34,235 nt of DNA from an uncultured Deferribacteres bacterium (GCA_964014485.1 CAXHAT010000080.1:1-34235); one strand, 5' to 3'; shown: positions 16,782-26,011, counted from the stretch's first letter. A program made the numbers and translations. Notes: generated from the sequence alone by a model not told the origin.

Positions 16782-17117
16782 ATGAACATGATCATTGAAA
16801 TTCTGGTGCTCAGCGTTGCTGTTTTCCTTGTCGCTAAGCTGCTGCCCGGCGTGCATTTGAAAAGTTTTGGCACTGGAATCGTCGTCGCCATCGTCTTCAG
16901 CATCTTGGATTTTCTATGCTTCAAACTGCTGGTTTTGCTGTCACTGCCCATCGTCGGTCTGACGTTTGGCCTTTTTATCTTCGTCATCAACGCATTCATT
17001 CTCTGGCTCACCGACAAATTTATCAGCGGCTTCAAAATCGATAGTTTCCTGACCACGATCATCGCCGCCTTCCTTATTTCTCTCGCGAATTTGGTGATGC
17101 GCGCCGTCATTTTCTAA
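16782..17117 (+). CDS. YvlD-like 'phage holin family' membrane protein
   Basis: LLPGVHLKSF, LSLPIVGLTFGLFIFVINAFIL and SGFKIDSF motifs. Four TM segments. SD GAGGGAG. Confidence 0.88.
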   Translation: MNMIIEILVLSVAVFLVAKLLPGVHLKSFGTGIVVAIVFSILDFLCFKLLVLLSLPIVGLTFGLFIFVINAFILWLTDKFISGFKIDSFLTTIIAAFLISLANLVMRAVIF

Positions 17118-17120
17118 GCC

Positions 17121-18005
17121 ATGCAAGACATTTTAAAATGGGGGATAGCAATCATCGAATCGGTGCAGTCTTATCGCACCCCGGCATTGGACGCCATTTT
17201 TCAGGTCGTGACGTTTTTCGGCGATGAAGTCTTTTACCTGATCGCTTTTCCGTTCATTCTCTGGTGCATAAATCGCCGTCTCGGCATGTTGCTCGGTTTG
17301 ATGACGCTGTCGGCGGCTTACGTCAACCTTGAGTTAAAAGAACTCATTCAACAGCCTCGCCCCTATCAACTCGCCCCGCACGTCGCCGTCATAACAGCGG
17401 AAAGCTACGGAATGCCAAGCGGTCACGCCCAGATTTCCATTGTCTTCTGGGGACTGGTCGCGCATGAGTTAAAACAAAGCGCCGCCTGGATTGCAGCAGG
17501 ATTCGTTTCGTTAATCATTGGGTTTTCCAGGGTTTACCTCGGCGTGCATTTCCCTACCGACGTCATCGCAGGCTGGATTCTCGGTGCAATGCTCCTCGCC
17601 TTTGGAATCGCTGCATTTAAAAAAAACTTTCACGCTATAGAACACACCCGCCCGACAGTCCTCGTTCTGATCTTTGTCATCCTTCCCATTATTCTTTTCT
17701 TTGTCGATCCGTCTTCTTCGGTCGCGGCTGCTTTGGGCACTCTTTCCGGAGCAGGTCTTGGTTTCATTTTATCCCAAGACGCTCTAAAAAATGAAATCGA
17801 ATCGAGCCTGTCCGCGAAGACAGTAAACTTCCTGCTGGGCATAGTCGGACTTTTCTTGATTTACGCCGGTTTGAAAGCGCTTTTCCCAACTTCCGATTTT
17901 TGGCTTATCGAAGACGGATTCAGGTTCATCCGATACTGGTTTTGCGGCTTATGGATCGTCTGGGGCGCGCCAAAAATCTTTGATCAACTGCAGCTCGCAA
18001 AATAG
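17121..18005 (+). CDS. PAP2 family membrane phosphatase
   Basis: KELIQQPRP (KxxxxxxRP), PSGH and SRVYLGVHFPTD catalytic motifs. Confidence 0.92.
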   Translation: MQDILKWGIAIIESVQSYRTPALDAIFQVVTFFGDEVFYLIAFPFILWCINRRLGMLLGLMTLSAAYVNLELKELIQQPRPYQLAPHVAVITAESYGMPSGHAQISIVFWGLVAHELKQSAAWIAAGFVSLIIGFSRVYLGVHFPTDVIAGWILGAMLLAFGIAAFKKNFHAIEHTRPTVLVLIFVILPIILFFVDPSSSVAAALGTLSGAGLGFILSQDALKNEIESSLSAKTVNFLLGIVGLFLIYAGLKALFPTSDFWLIEDGFRFIRYWFCGLWIVWGAPKIFDQLQLAK

Positions 18006-18152
18006 TTTTTTCACAAGACGCGCTCAAGGCTCGGTCGTATTGCTTTGCGGATCGGCGCGGAAACTCGCACTTTGGATGCAAGACAAATCCGCCAATTGAC
18101 CTGCTTGTCGATAACTTCGGCTGTAGCCGCGCCCGCATAAAGGAATATTACT

Positions 18153-20075
18153 TTGAACCTGACATTCTTCGACTGGAGCCTTGTTTTTATTGTTGTCGTT
18201 ATTATGGTTGCCGGAGTTGTTATCAGCCAGCGGCACATGCGCAGCGTTGCTGATTTTTTGGCGGCCGGTCGCACCGGGGGGCGTTACCTGATCGCCGTTT
18301 CTTACGGCATCGCCAATCTCGGCGCAATTACTGTCATCGCCTACTTCGAGCAAAATTACCTCGCGGGATTTACCATGTCCTGGTGGGACATGACCACCAA
18401 CATCGTTCTGCTCATTTTATCGGTTTCCGGCTGGGTCGTCTATCGTTTTCGCCAGAGCCGTGCGCTCACTCTGGCGCAGTTTTTTGAAATGCGCTACAGT
18501 CGCAACTTTCGCGTTTTCGCCGGCGCGATCACCTACGTGTCCGGCATCATAAATTTTGGCATTTTTCCAGCGGTCGGCGCGCGCTTTTTCATCTATTTCT
18601 GCGGCCTCCCCGAGTCGGTCAATTTTCTCGGGCTCGAATTTGCCATGTTTCCCCTGTTGATCATACTTCTCCTCTTATTCTCCTTGTATTTCGTCTTCGC
18701 CGGCGGGCAAATCGCGGTGATCATTACCGATTTCATCCAGGGTTCTTTGGTGAACATCGCCTTTTTGATCATCATCATTTTCATGCTGTTAAATTTTGAA
18801 TACGACGCTGTCATGGCGGCATTGCAAACGGCGCCGGAAGAAGCGTCGCTGCTCAATCCTTTCAAAACCAGCCGCGCAAAAGATTTCAATTTTACATTTT
18901 TTCTGATCTCGATCTTTTCGCTCGTTTACAATCGCATGGCGTGGCAAGGCGAGCAGGCCTACAACAGTTCCGCGGCCAGCGCACACGAAGCCAAAATGGG
19001 CCAGGTTCTCGCGAATTGGAAAGAAATCATTCGGAAATTCTTCTTCCTTGTCGTTCCAGTCTGCGCCTTTGTCGTCATGAACCACCCCGATTTCTCCCAG
19101 ATCGCCGCCGAGGTCACGGCAAAGCTCGGAAACTTCGAAACCGAAGCGATTCGCAACCAAATGACCACCCCGCTGATTTTGACCCACATCTTGCCGCTTG
19201 GCTTCATGGGACTCTTCGCGGCGGTCATGCTTGCCGCCTTCGTCAGCACACACGACACATACTTGCATTCCTGGGGCAGCATTCTCATTCAGGACGTCAT
19301 TTTGCCGCTGCGGAAAGAACCGCTGTCGCAAGAGCAACACATCAAATGGCTGCGTCTTTCGATTATTGGCGTGGCGGTGTTTACGTTTTTCTTCAGCATG
19401 TTCTTCCAGCAAAATGATCATATTTTGCTGTTTTTTGCCATTACCGGGGCGATCTTCGCGGGCGGCTCCGGGGCGGTCATTATCGGCGGACTTTACTGGA
19501 AACGCGGCACCACGGCCGCAGCTTACTCAGCCATGACGATTGGAGCCGTCGTTGCGGTAGGCGGCATTGTTATTCGGCAACTCAACCCCGATTTTCCCAT
19601 CAACGGGCAAATGTTCTATTTCATTGCCATGTGTTCGGCGATTGTCGCCTATATTTCCGTTTCCCTTCTTGGTAAAAAACAAGAAGCTAACCTTGACAAA
19701 ATCTTGAATCGGGGCACGCATACGCGCCACGATGAGTATAAAATTGTGCAAGAGAATCCTTCGCGCTTGTCCATGATTTTTGGCATGGGCAAAGAATTCA
19801 GCAAAACCGACAAATTCATCTACGTCGTCACCTACGTCTGGATATTTTCCTGGTTCGCGGTGTTTCTCGTCGGCGTTGTGATCAACTTGACTGGCACGGT
19901 CTCTGATGAAAGCTGGATGCGTTTCTGGTTTTGGTATGTAATCATCCATATTTTCGGAGTCATTTTCTTCATCGCCTGGATGACTATTGGCGGCGTGATC
20001 GATTTGAAAGCCATGATCTCGCGCCTGCGTAAATTGAAACGAGATGAACACGACGACGGTACGGTGCCGCACTAA
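18153..20075 (+). CDS. sodium:solute symporter (SSS) family protein
   Basis: DFLAAGR, TLAQFFEMRY, GGQIAVIITDFIQ, GLFAAVMLAAFVST and GGLYWKR motifs. Many TM helices. TTG start with AAAGGA. Confidence 0.92.
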   Translation: MNLTFFDWSLVFIVVVIMVAGVVISQRHMRSVADFLAAGRTGGRYLIAVSYGIANLGAITVIAYFEQNYLAGFTMSWWDMTTNIVLLILSVSGWVVYRFRQSRALTLAQFFEMRYSRNFRVFAGAITYVSGIINFGIFPAVGARFFIYFCGLPESVNFLGLEFAMFPLLIILLLLFSLYFVFAGGQIAVIITDFIQGSLVNIAFLIIIIFMLLNFEYDAVMAALQTAPEEASLLNPFKTSRAKDFNFTFFLISIFSLVYNRMAWQGEQAYNSSAASAHEAKMGQVLANWKEIIRKFFFLVVPVCAFVVMNHPDFSQIAAEVTAKLGNFETEAIRNQMTTPLILTHILPLGFMGLFAAVMLAAFVSTHDTYLHSWGSILIQDVILPLRKEPLSQEQHIKWLRLSIIGVAVFTFFFSMFFQQNDHILLFFAITGAIFAGGSGAVIIGGLYWKRGTTAAAYSAMTIGAVVAVGGIVIRQLNPDFPINGQMFYFIAMCSAIVAYISVSLLGKKQEANLDKILNRGTHTRHDEYKIVQENPSRLSMIFGMGKEFSKTDKFIYVVTYVWIFSWFAVFLVGVVINLTGTVSDESWMRFWFWYVIIHIFGVIFFIAWMTIGGVIDLKAMISRLRKLKRDEHDDGTVPH

Positions 20076-20866
20076 TGGAAAGCTATCGCAACAACCTTCG
20101 CTTACGCTGGACGCCGAAGCAGACGCTTGTCGTCCTTAAAGCAATTCAGCGTCAACGCCAATATCGCTATTGGACGCAAGTTTTGCGTCTCATTCGAAGA
20201 GACGTGCCCGTCCCCAAAGACCTGCGTTATATCGATCTCTCCGGGCGACAGCTCGCTTCAATAGAATTGAAGGAGTTGGATCTTTTCGGGGCTAAATTGC
20301 TCAAAACAAACCTGCGAAACGCCATTTTACAAGAGAGCAAATTTGTGAAATGTATTTTGCAGGAAGCCGATCTATGTCATGCGGAAATGGAACGGGCCGA
20401 CTTTTCAGCTTCAAACTTAAAGAAAATTGCTTTGCAAAGCGTTATTGCGCACGAGGTCATCCTCTCCGAAGCCAAACTTTTGGACGCCAATATCAGAAAG
20501 GCGCGGATGCCCAAAGCGACCGCGATAAGCGCGGATTTTACAAGAGCGGATTTGACGCGCGTCAATCTTCGCGGCTCAGTCTGTAACCTAAGCCGCTTTA
20601 AATACGCCGAAATGTACAGAGCTGATTTGAGCGGCGCCAATCTCATGGAATGCGATTTCTCGCGCGCGAATCTAACCCGCGCCAACCTGCGCGGCGCCAA
20701 CCTGCGAAAAGCGGATTTGCGCGACGCCGTGCTGGTCGGCGCGGATTTACGTCACGCAGATTTAAGCGAAACGAAACGCAAAGGCGCAAATTTCTACGGC
20801 GTCATCATGACGAAAGAAGATCGTCGCCGGTACATTGAAAGCCATCCGAATCTCAATCGTTCGTAG
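20075..20866 (+). CDS. pentapeptide repeat protein
   Basis: Long A(D/N)Lxx runs (ADLSGANLMECDFSRANLTRANLRGANLRKADLRDAVLVGADLRHADLS). Start overlaps the symporter stop (TAATG). Confidence 0.9.
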   Translation: MESYRNNLRLRWTPKQTLVVLKAIQRQRQYRYWTQVLRLIRRDVPVPKDLRYIDLSGRQLASIELKELDLFGAKLLKTNLRNAILQESKFVKCILQEADLCHAEMERADFSASNLKKIALQSVIAHEVILSEAKLLDANIRKARMPKATAISADFTRADLTRVNLRGSVCNLSRFKYAEMYRADLSGANLMECDFSRANLTRANLRGANLRKADLRDAVLVGADLRHADLSETKRKGANFYGVIMTKEDRRRYIESHPNLNRS

Positions 20867-21015
20867 ACGCCGCAAGGCAAAAATTGTATTTCGGCAATAA
20901 CAAGTTTGTAAACTTCCTTCATAACACTCCACCCTTCTACTTCATCCACTCCTTGCCAATCGTTTGGCACGATCTTGCCAAAGCTAAGAATCCTGTTGAG
21001 AAAAATCGCAACTGC

Positions 21016-21171
21016 CATGGCGGGGAGCCGGGCTTCTGAGCGACTCTTTTCCGGAGTGCGGCGATTCATCGTCGCCAGTGACGGCAGGCGACGCTCAAAC
21101 GCTTGACCCCGGCGTTGATGCTTGATCGAGATTGCAAGCGCAATTGACGAGCTGAATAGCGACCCGCCGTG
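21016..21171 (+). ncRNA. candidate multi-stem structured RNA, family not recognised
   Basis: Nested helices CATGGCGGG/CCCGCCGTG, GCCGGG/CCCGGC, TGAGCG/CGCTCA, ACTC/GAGT, GTCGCC/GGCGAC and TTG.TGCTTG/CAAGCG.CAA. G-U pairs favour the plus strand. Confidence 0.4.
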
Positions 21172-21225
21172 CTTCTCAACAGGTACATTTTCGATAGCTT
21201 ATTCACAAGGAACAGGAAGTTTCAG

Positions 21226-21471
21226 ATGCAAAAAATAAACGGAACGCTGCGTCATTTCGCGCTCGGTATTTTCGCCGTTTTTCTTTCGATGTTTTTTCAC
21301 AGAGAAGTTTGGCCGGCAATTTATGTCATGGCGACGGTTGAGTTTGTTCAAGCAGACGTTTTTGGCTGGCGGACGCTATTTTCCCTCGACACGGGGCACG
21401 ACGTCGTAATGGACGCCTTTGGGGGCCTGGTTGGCTTCGGCTTCTACTGGATGTTCATCGCAACGGCTTAG
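21226..21471 (+). CDS. small VanZ/YfiM-like membrane protein
   Basis: HF...E.VQ...D.V.D..G pattern across three hydrophobic segments. AGGA upstream of ATG 21226, which is preferred over GTG 21169. Followed by a terminator. Confidence 0.6.
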   Translation: MQKINGTLRHFALGIFAVFLSMFFHREVWPAIYVMATVEFVQADVFGWRTLFSLDTGHDVVMDAFGGLVGFGFYWMFIATA

Positions 21472-21476
21472 AATGG

Positions 21477-21497
21477 AAGGGCCTCGACGGCCCTTTT
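21477..21497 (+). terminator. intrinsic terminator between convergent genes
   Basis: AAGGGCC-TCGAC-GGCCCTT followed by TTCTCAGTTTTTT. Confidence 0.7.
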
Positions 21498-21507
21498 CTC
21501 AGTTTTT

Positions 21508-22305
21508 TCAAAATTTCATTTCCACCCGCGTCACCGTGACGGCTTGGCCGCGCAGAAGCGTGCGAGCTTTGTGATTTTCAACGCGTACGACTCCGCCTCG
21601 GCGAGATGCTTGAAAGCCGGTCATCTTGGTTTTTCCCAGCTTTTCTCCCCAAAAAGGCGCGAGGCAGCAATGCGCCGAACCCGTGACAGGATCTTCCGGC
21701 ACGCCCGCCGCCGGAGCAAAAAATCGCGAAATAAAATCAAATTCCGACGAATCGGCCTGCGCCGTCAGAATAACGCCGCGATAAGGCAAGTTTTCCAAAA
21801 GGCTCATGTTCGGCGTGGTCGCTCGCACCATCGACTCTGACGCGACTTCAATGATAGCGTCGAAGCGGTTTTCGCCAAAAGAACGCACTTCTTCCAAATT
21901 CATCGCGCGCAACAATTCTTCCGGCGCAGGTTTCAGCTTTGGCGGCTCCGACGGGAAATCGAGCGTGATCCAGCCGTCGTTTTTGGCAGCCTTTAGTTCG
22001 CCGCTCAACGTATCAAATACAATCGTTTTCTCGCCGGGCACAACATTGTTTTCCCACAGAAAATGAGCGCTGGCAAGCGTCGCATGTCCGCAAAGATCGA
22101 CCTCCACCGCCGGAGTAAACCAACGCAGATTGAAGCCGGCGTCTTTCGGCATTAAAAACGCAGTTTCGGAAAGGTTCATCTCCGTCGCAATGTTTTGCAT
22201 TGTTTCCGCTGGAAGAAATTGCTCCAGCAGGCACACCGCCGCAGGGTTGCCGGAAAACGGCTCACTGGTAAAAGCGTCCACGGTCTGGATTTTTATCTTT
22301 TTCAT
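21508..22305 (-). CDS. PhzF family (diaminopimelate epimerase-like) protein
   Basis: VDAFT..PFSGNPAAV, EMNLSETAF, LRWFTP..EVDLCGHATLA and EDPVTGSAH motifs. SD AAGGAG. Confidence 0.95.
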   Translation of the reverse strand: MKKIKIQTVDAFTSEPFSGNPAAVCLLEQFLPAETMQNIATEMNLSETAFLMPKDAGFNLRWFTPAVEVDLCGHATLASAHFLWENNVVPGEKTIVFDTLSGELKAAKNDGWITLDFPSEPPKLKPAPEELLRAMNLEEVRSFGENRFDAIIEVASESMVRATTPNMSLLENLPYRGVILTAQADSSEFDFISRFFAPAAGVPEDPVTGSAHCCLAPFWGEKLGKTKMTGFQASRRGGVVRVENHKARTLLRGQAVTVTRVEMKF

Positions 22306-22429
22306 TGCTTTCTCCTTCTTTTTGGGGTCACGGTTTTGCCTATGAACAAAACACCTAATGCTTCTCCACGTTCAAGGTTGTGAGTTCGACTTTTCCTTAT
22401 TCCCGCAGATACGTCCGGGTTAATCTGAG

Positions 22430-22520
22430 CGTGACACGACATTATCATTAGCCCCGCGCTTCAGCGCGGGGGAGAAGATGAGCATTTCAAAAGTTCCCCG
22501 GCCTGAAGGCCGAGGCTAAT
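22430..22520. repeat. REP doublet (REPIN/PATE-like), copy 2, inverted relative to copy 1
   Basis: TTAG-CCCCGCGC-TTCA-GCGCGGGG ... CCCCGGCC-TGAA-GGCCGAGG-CTAA. Its reverse complement aligns with 5000-5089. Confidence 0.8.
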
Positions 22521-22581
22521 GAGACGACGTTCGATCATGCGCGAAAGAAATACGAGTCGCTAAAATAGGCTTGACGAAATA

Positions 22582-23103
22582 TTAGAAAATTCGCCAACCG
22601 TACGTTTGCGCCAGGAACACCGGCGCCAAGCCTTGAATCAGACTCAAAACGCCCAAAATCGTGTAAGCGATTATTTTCTGCTCGCCGAGTATCGAAAATT
22701 TCAATTCACGTATTTTCTCGACGCGCTCCGGATACGACTCAATATTCGGGATTTCGTCGAGCGCATTTAGAAATTCCTGGTTGGAGATCACGGAAATGCC
22801 GACGCGCATCAAGTAATCCTTGTCTCCCGGATTAAGCTCTTTTTCCGCATGATAGGCTGTGTAGATGGAAGGTTTCAAAAGGCGGCTGACCAGGCCGGAG
22901 AGATAGATCACCAAGAAAGGAAAAAGCGCGCCGAGATAAGCCGCGCCCGCAATCTTGTAGTTGATGGCATACCCCCAGACAGAGACGTTTGCGACGATAA
23001 GAATGGTGATAATTTGAACGAGAACGGTCAGTCCGGAGCGGTAGGTGTTGATGGCCTGATCGAGCTGTTGCCGCAGGAATTCGGCGGTTTGATTGTCGCT
23101 CAT
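22582..23103 (-). CDS. hypothetical membrane protein (about 173 aa, about 3 TM)
   Basis: Protein-like sequence from MSDNQTAEF (ATG 23103). The ORF-track extension to 23343 overlaps the GT2 gene and is not credible. Confidence 0.7.
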   Translation of the reverse strand: MSDNQTAEFLRQQLDQAINTYRSGLTVLVQIITILIVANVSVWGYAINYKIAGAAYLGALFPFLVIYLSGLVSRLLKPSIYTAYHAEKELNPGDKDYLMRVGISVISNQEFLNALDEIPNIESYPERVEKIRELKFSILGEQKIIAYTILGVLSLIQGLAPVFLAQTYGWRIF

Positions 23104-23197
23104 AATGTTGGCGTGTTGGGTTGTTGGAATACTCGAGTGGCGGAAAATAGTCCGCTGAAACGGATTATCCAACAACCAACAATCCAACGAAAGAGGC

Positions 23198-24373
23198 CTA
23201 CACTTTTTTCCAGAGCAGAGACTGTCGCCCGAATAGAAATCGGAAAAAACCGGCGACGGCTGAAAAAATCCCCACCATAAAATAGAAAGGCAGGTAAAGA
23301 AAACGGTAGCGCAGACCAATGAGTTCCTGGATATAACCAACAAAAGCGGCTAGAAAAAAAGCGATTTGCAGAGCAAGCATCGCATCGTAGAAAAATCCGT
23401 TGGAAAGACTGGTTGCGAACGGGAGAGCGAGAATAATAAACGGCGAAAGTATTCGAATAATTTTGTGCGAGAAAAACTGAAAGGCAATCACGCCAAACTT
23501 TGGCGACAGGAGTTTGCGCAGCAAGTAGATTTGCTGGAAGTTTCCAACATTTATCCGCGTCCGCCGCTGAAATTCGCCTTGCAGCGTCGTCGACTCATGC
23601 TCTTCAACTCTTGCGTCCGGTTCGTAAAGGACTCGAAATCCTTGCTGCAAGATTGTCATCGGCAAGATAAAATCATCGTTTATCGCTTTTTCCGGCAATC
23701 GCACAAACAATTTGCTGCGGAAGCTATAAAGCGCCCCGTGCGCCCCGATTGCTGAATGCAGCCGGCTTTCGTATCGCTTCAAGAACGTTTCGTATTGCCA
23801 GTAAAATTTTTCGGTGACGCCGCGCAGAGAATGATCTTCGTTGTCGATGATGTACGTGCCGCAAACGGCGCCGATTTCTTCGTTTCTATAGTGCTGTACC
23901 AGCTTTTTCAGCGCGTCTTTCTTAATCAACCCAGATGCGTCGGAAAGAATAATAATCTCGCCGCGAAGCTGTGGAATCAGGTGATTCAACACCGCCGTCT
24001 TGCCGGAACGCTCCGGCCGTTTGACAAAGCGCACCTCGCGCTCGCCGTAGCTTTCGAGCATCGCATCCGTCTCATCCGTCGAACCGTCTGAAACGATCAC
24101 GATTTCGAGACGATCTTTTGGATAATCTAAATCCAGCGTGTTTTCCGCTTTTTTGCGAATCACCGACGCTTCGTTAAAGGCCGGAATCAAAATGCTGATT
24201 GCGGGCCACTCAAATTGCGAATCTTCAACTTCCGGTCGTTTTTTGGAGAATGAAATTGATCTCGCCGCCTGCTTAATTTTCACGGCCAAATAAACGATGA
24301 TCGGATACCCGACGTAGGTATAGATCAAAACTCCCAAGCACAGCCACACCGCCAATTCCCAAGTCAGAATCAT
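23198..24373 (-). CDS. membrane-associated family 2 glycosyltransferase (CESA/PgaC-like)
   Basis: ISILIPAFNE, VSDGSTD, GK..VLN, SDAS, INDDF and RRTRI motifs. One N-terminal and several C-terminal TM helices. GGAG before ATG 24373. Confidence 0.92.
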   Translation of the reverse strand: MILTWELAVWLCLGVLIYTYVGYPIIVYLAVKIKQAARSISFSKKRPEVEDSQFEWPAISILIPAFNEASVIRKKAENTLDLDYPKDRLEIVIVSDGSTDETDAMLESYGEREVRFVKRPERSGKTAVLNHLIPQLRGEIIILSDASGLIKKDALKKLVQHYRNEEIGAVCGTYIIDNEDHSLRGVTEKFYWQYETFLKRYESRLHSAIGAHGALYSFRSKLFVRLPEKAINDDFILPMTILQQGFRVLYEPDARVEEHESTTLQGEFQRRTRINVGNFQQIYLLRKLLSPKFGVIAFQFFSHKIIRILSPFIILALPFATSLSNGFFYDAMLALQIAFFLAAFVGYIQELIGLRYRFLYLPFYFMVGIFSAVAGFFRFLFGRQSLLWKKV

Positions 24374-24490
24374 ATTCACTCCAGTATTGAATAGGCGTAT
24401 CGGCACTGCATCGAGGCTCCGTCCTTGAAACCGTCGTTGCTCAAATATTTGTGAAGTTGGCTTCCTTGCAAATTTCTCGTTCTGAAATTG

Positions 24491-25204
24491 TCAATTCGCG
24501 AAACGAATCACGCCGGTCAGGAAACCAATATAAAAAATCGGCTGCAACGGCTTGAAAATCTTGTCGATTCTTCTGCCCCATTTGCTCAATCCTCCCGTCG
24601 GCACATAGATGACGTCACCGTCCGCAAGCATCAGATTCTGATCAAGATGACCGTCTTTTGAGAGCTTTTTTAAATTCACTCGGATGATTTCCTGATTCGC
24701 CTCGGTAGAGCCGTTTTTGATCAACTTGACCTTCTTGGGGTTCGCGTCTTCTGTGGGACTGCCCGCTTCAGCAATGGCGTCGAGCAGCGTCATCTGCTTG
24801 CTAATGACGTACGGCCCGGGCTTGCCGACCTCGCCAAGAACAAACACTCTGCGCGCGGCGAACTGCGCAATAATCACGGTCACTTCAACGTCTCGAATAA
24901 ATTCGCTGAGCCGGTTGGTCAAAAGCGCATCAATTTCATCCGTGGTCATGGCGTCAACGCGTACGCTGCCGATCAAATCGAAGGAAATGAAGCCGTCAGG
25001 ACCAATTTGTTCCGTGCGATGAAACGCCTCGGTTCTGGCGGCGCCGGGGCCGGCGCTAATGTGAAGGACGTCTCCGCCGCCTACGCGATAAGTGGCTTGC
25101 GGTGCGGACGTTCTTCCCGGGTCGCTTTGCGCTAGTGCGCTTCCCAAGAAGCAAATTGTAGAAAGGAAGCTCAAAAAAAGAGCTGACGTCAATTGTCGTG
25201 TCAT
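24491..25204 (-). CDS. polysaccharide export (OPX/Wza-like) protein with SLBB domain
   Basis: YRVGGGDVLHI, GPDGFISFDLIG, VFVLGEVGKPG, TLLDAIAEAG and GDVIYVP motifs. Amphipathic C-terminal helix. Confidence 0.9.
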   Translation of the reverse strand: MTRQLTSALFLSFLSTICFLGSALAQSDPGRTSAPQATYRVGGGDVLHISAGPGAARTEAFHRTEQIGPDGFISFDLIGSVRVDAMTTDEIDALLTNRLSEFIRDVEVTVIIAQFAARRVFVLGEVGKPGPYVISKQMTLLDAIAEAGSPTEDANPKKVKLIKNGSTEANQEIIRVNLKKLSKDGHLDQNLMLADGDVIYVPTGGLSKWGRRIDKIFKPLQPIFYIGFLTGVIRFAN

Positions 25205-25246
25205 GGTGCGAATCCTCTCATTTTTAGGCTGGAAGGCCTTTGGACT

Positions 25247-26011
25247 TTATGATTTTGCGGCCTTTCGCCACAGCGTGTGATAGAAATTATTTCCTAAAAC
25301 ATGTTTTGCCGTTTTGCCAAAAAAGTAGCGGCATTTTTTTCGGAACACGTAATTTTTTTCGTAATTCAAAATTTTCTCGATCTCCAGTGAGGTCGTTTTC
25401 CCTTCAACAAGCCACCGCGGGAAGAGCTTGACTTCGTCGCAGCCTCTGAAGTTCAGCGGGCAATAACCAGGCAGGCTTGTATAAATTTCCCGGTACCCGA
25501 ATTTTTGCGCCGCAACAATAGCGCGTTCGTCGTACCTGCCGCCCGGCAATGAAAAGCTCGCCACTTCGGCTCCAATCGCGTCTTCGAGCTTTACTTTCGG
25601 CAAAAAGAGTTCGTCTTGCAGACTCCCTTCCAGCAGGTTTTCCAAAAAAACATGCGAATGAGAATGCGCGCCGATTTGTACGCCGTTTTCGTGTAATTTG
25701 CGAATTTCTCCGGCATCCAACATGCCCTTTTTTCCGATGGCGCTCGTGGTAATAAAACAGGTGAATTGAACCTGAGAACTTGGCAAAATTCGGCTTAAAA
25801 CATGCTCGTAAAAACTGCGATACCCGTCGTCAAAGGTGACGTGAATTGAAGCGCCGTTGCTGGAATCGGTTTCCATCCGCTGCATGTGCCGCAAAAAATT
25901 ATCAAGCGTCACGTCATAGGCCGCTTCCCATTCCGGAAAATCGATTTCCGGCGTTTCAGCGGCGATGTTGTGGTACATAAAAACCACGGATTTCTGATCA
26001 GGAAAATTCAT
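25247..26011 (-). CDS. polysaccharide deacetylase (CE4/NodB-like)
   Basis: MYH, TFDDG, GAHSHSH and FSLPGG motifs. Confidence 0.9.
   Translation of the reverse strand: MNFPDQKSVVFMYHNIAAETPEIDFPEWEAAYDVTLDNFLRHMQRMETDSSNGASIHVTFDDGYRSFYEHVLSRILPSSQVQFTCFITTSAIGKKGMLDAGEIRKLHENGVQIGAHSHSHVFLENLLEGSLQDELFLPKVKLEDAIGAEVASFSLPGGRYDERAIVAAQKFGYREIYTSLPGYCPLNFRGCDEVKLFPRWLVEGKTTSLEIEKILNYEKNYVFRKKCRYFFGKTAKHVLGNNFYHTLWRKAAKS

Noticed and set aside
16782..17117. Prophage inferred from the holin-family gene
   Set aside because: No endolysin, integrase or structural genes are present, and YvlD-like proteins are common chromosomal membrane proteins.
20075..20866. Qnr quinolone-resistance gene
   Set aside because: Generic pentapeptide repeats with an unrelated basic N-terminus. 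Nothing specific to Qnr is visible.
20964..20978. Sigma54 promoter TTGGCACGATCTTGC
   Set aside because: The GG-to-GC spacing is 9 nt rather than the required 10. It is better read as a palindrome.
21508..22305. Phenazine biosynthesis cluster
   Set aside because: A lone PhzF-family gene with no other phz genes.
23104..23343. N-terminal extension of the 22582 ORF
   Set aside because: It overlaps the 3' end of the GT2 gene in another frame and does not look like protein sequence.
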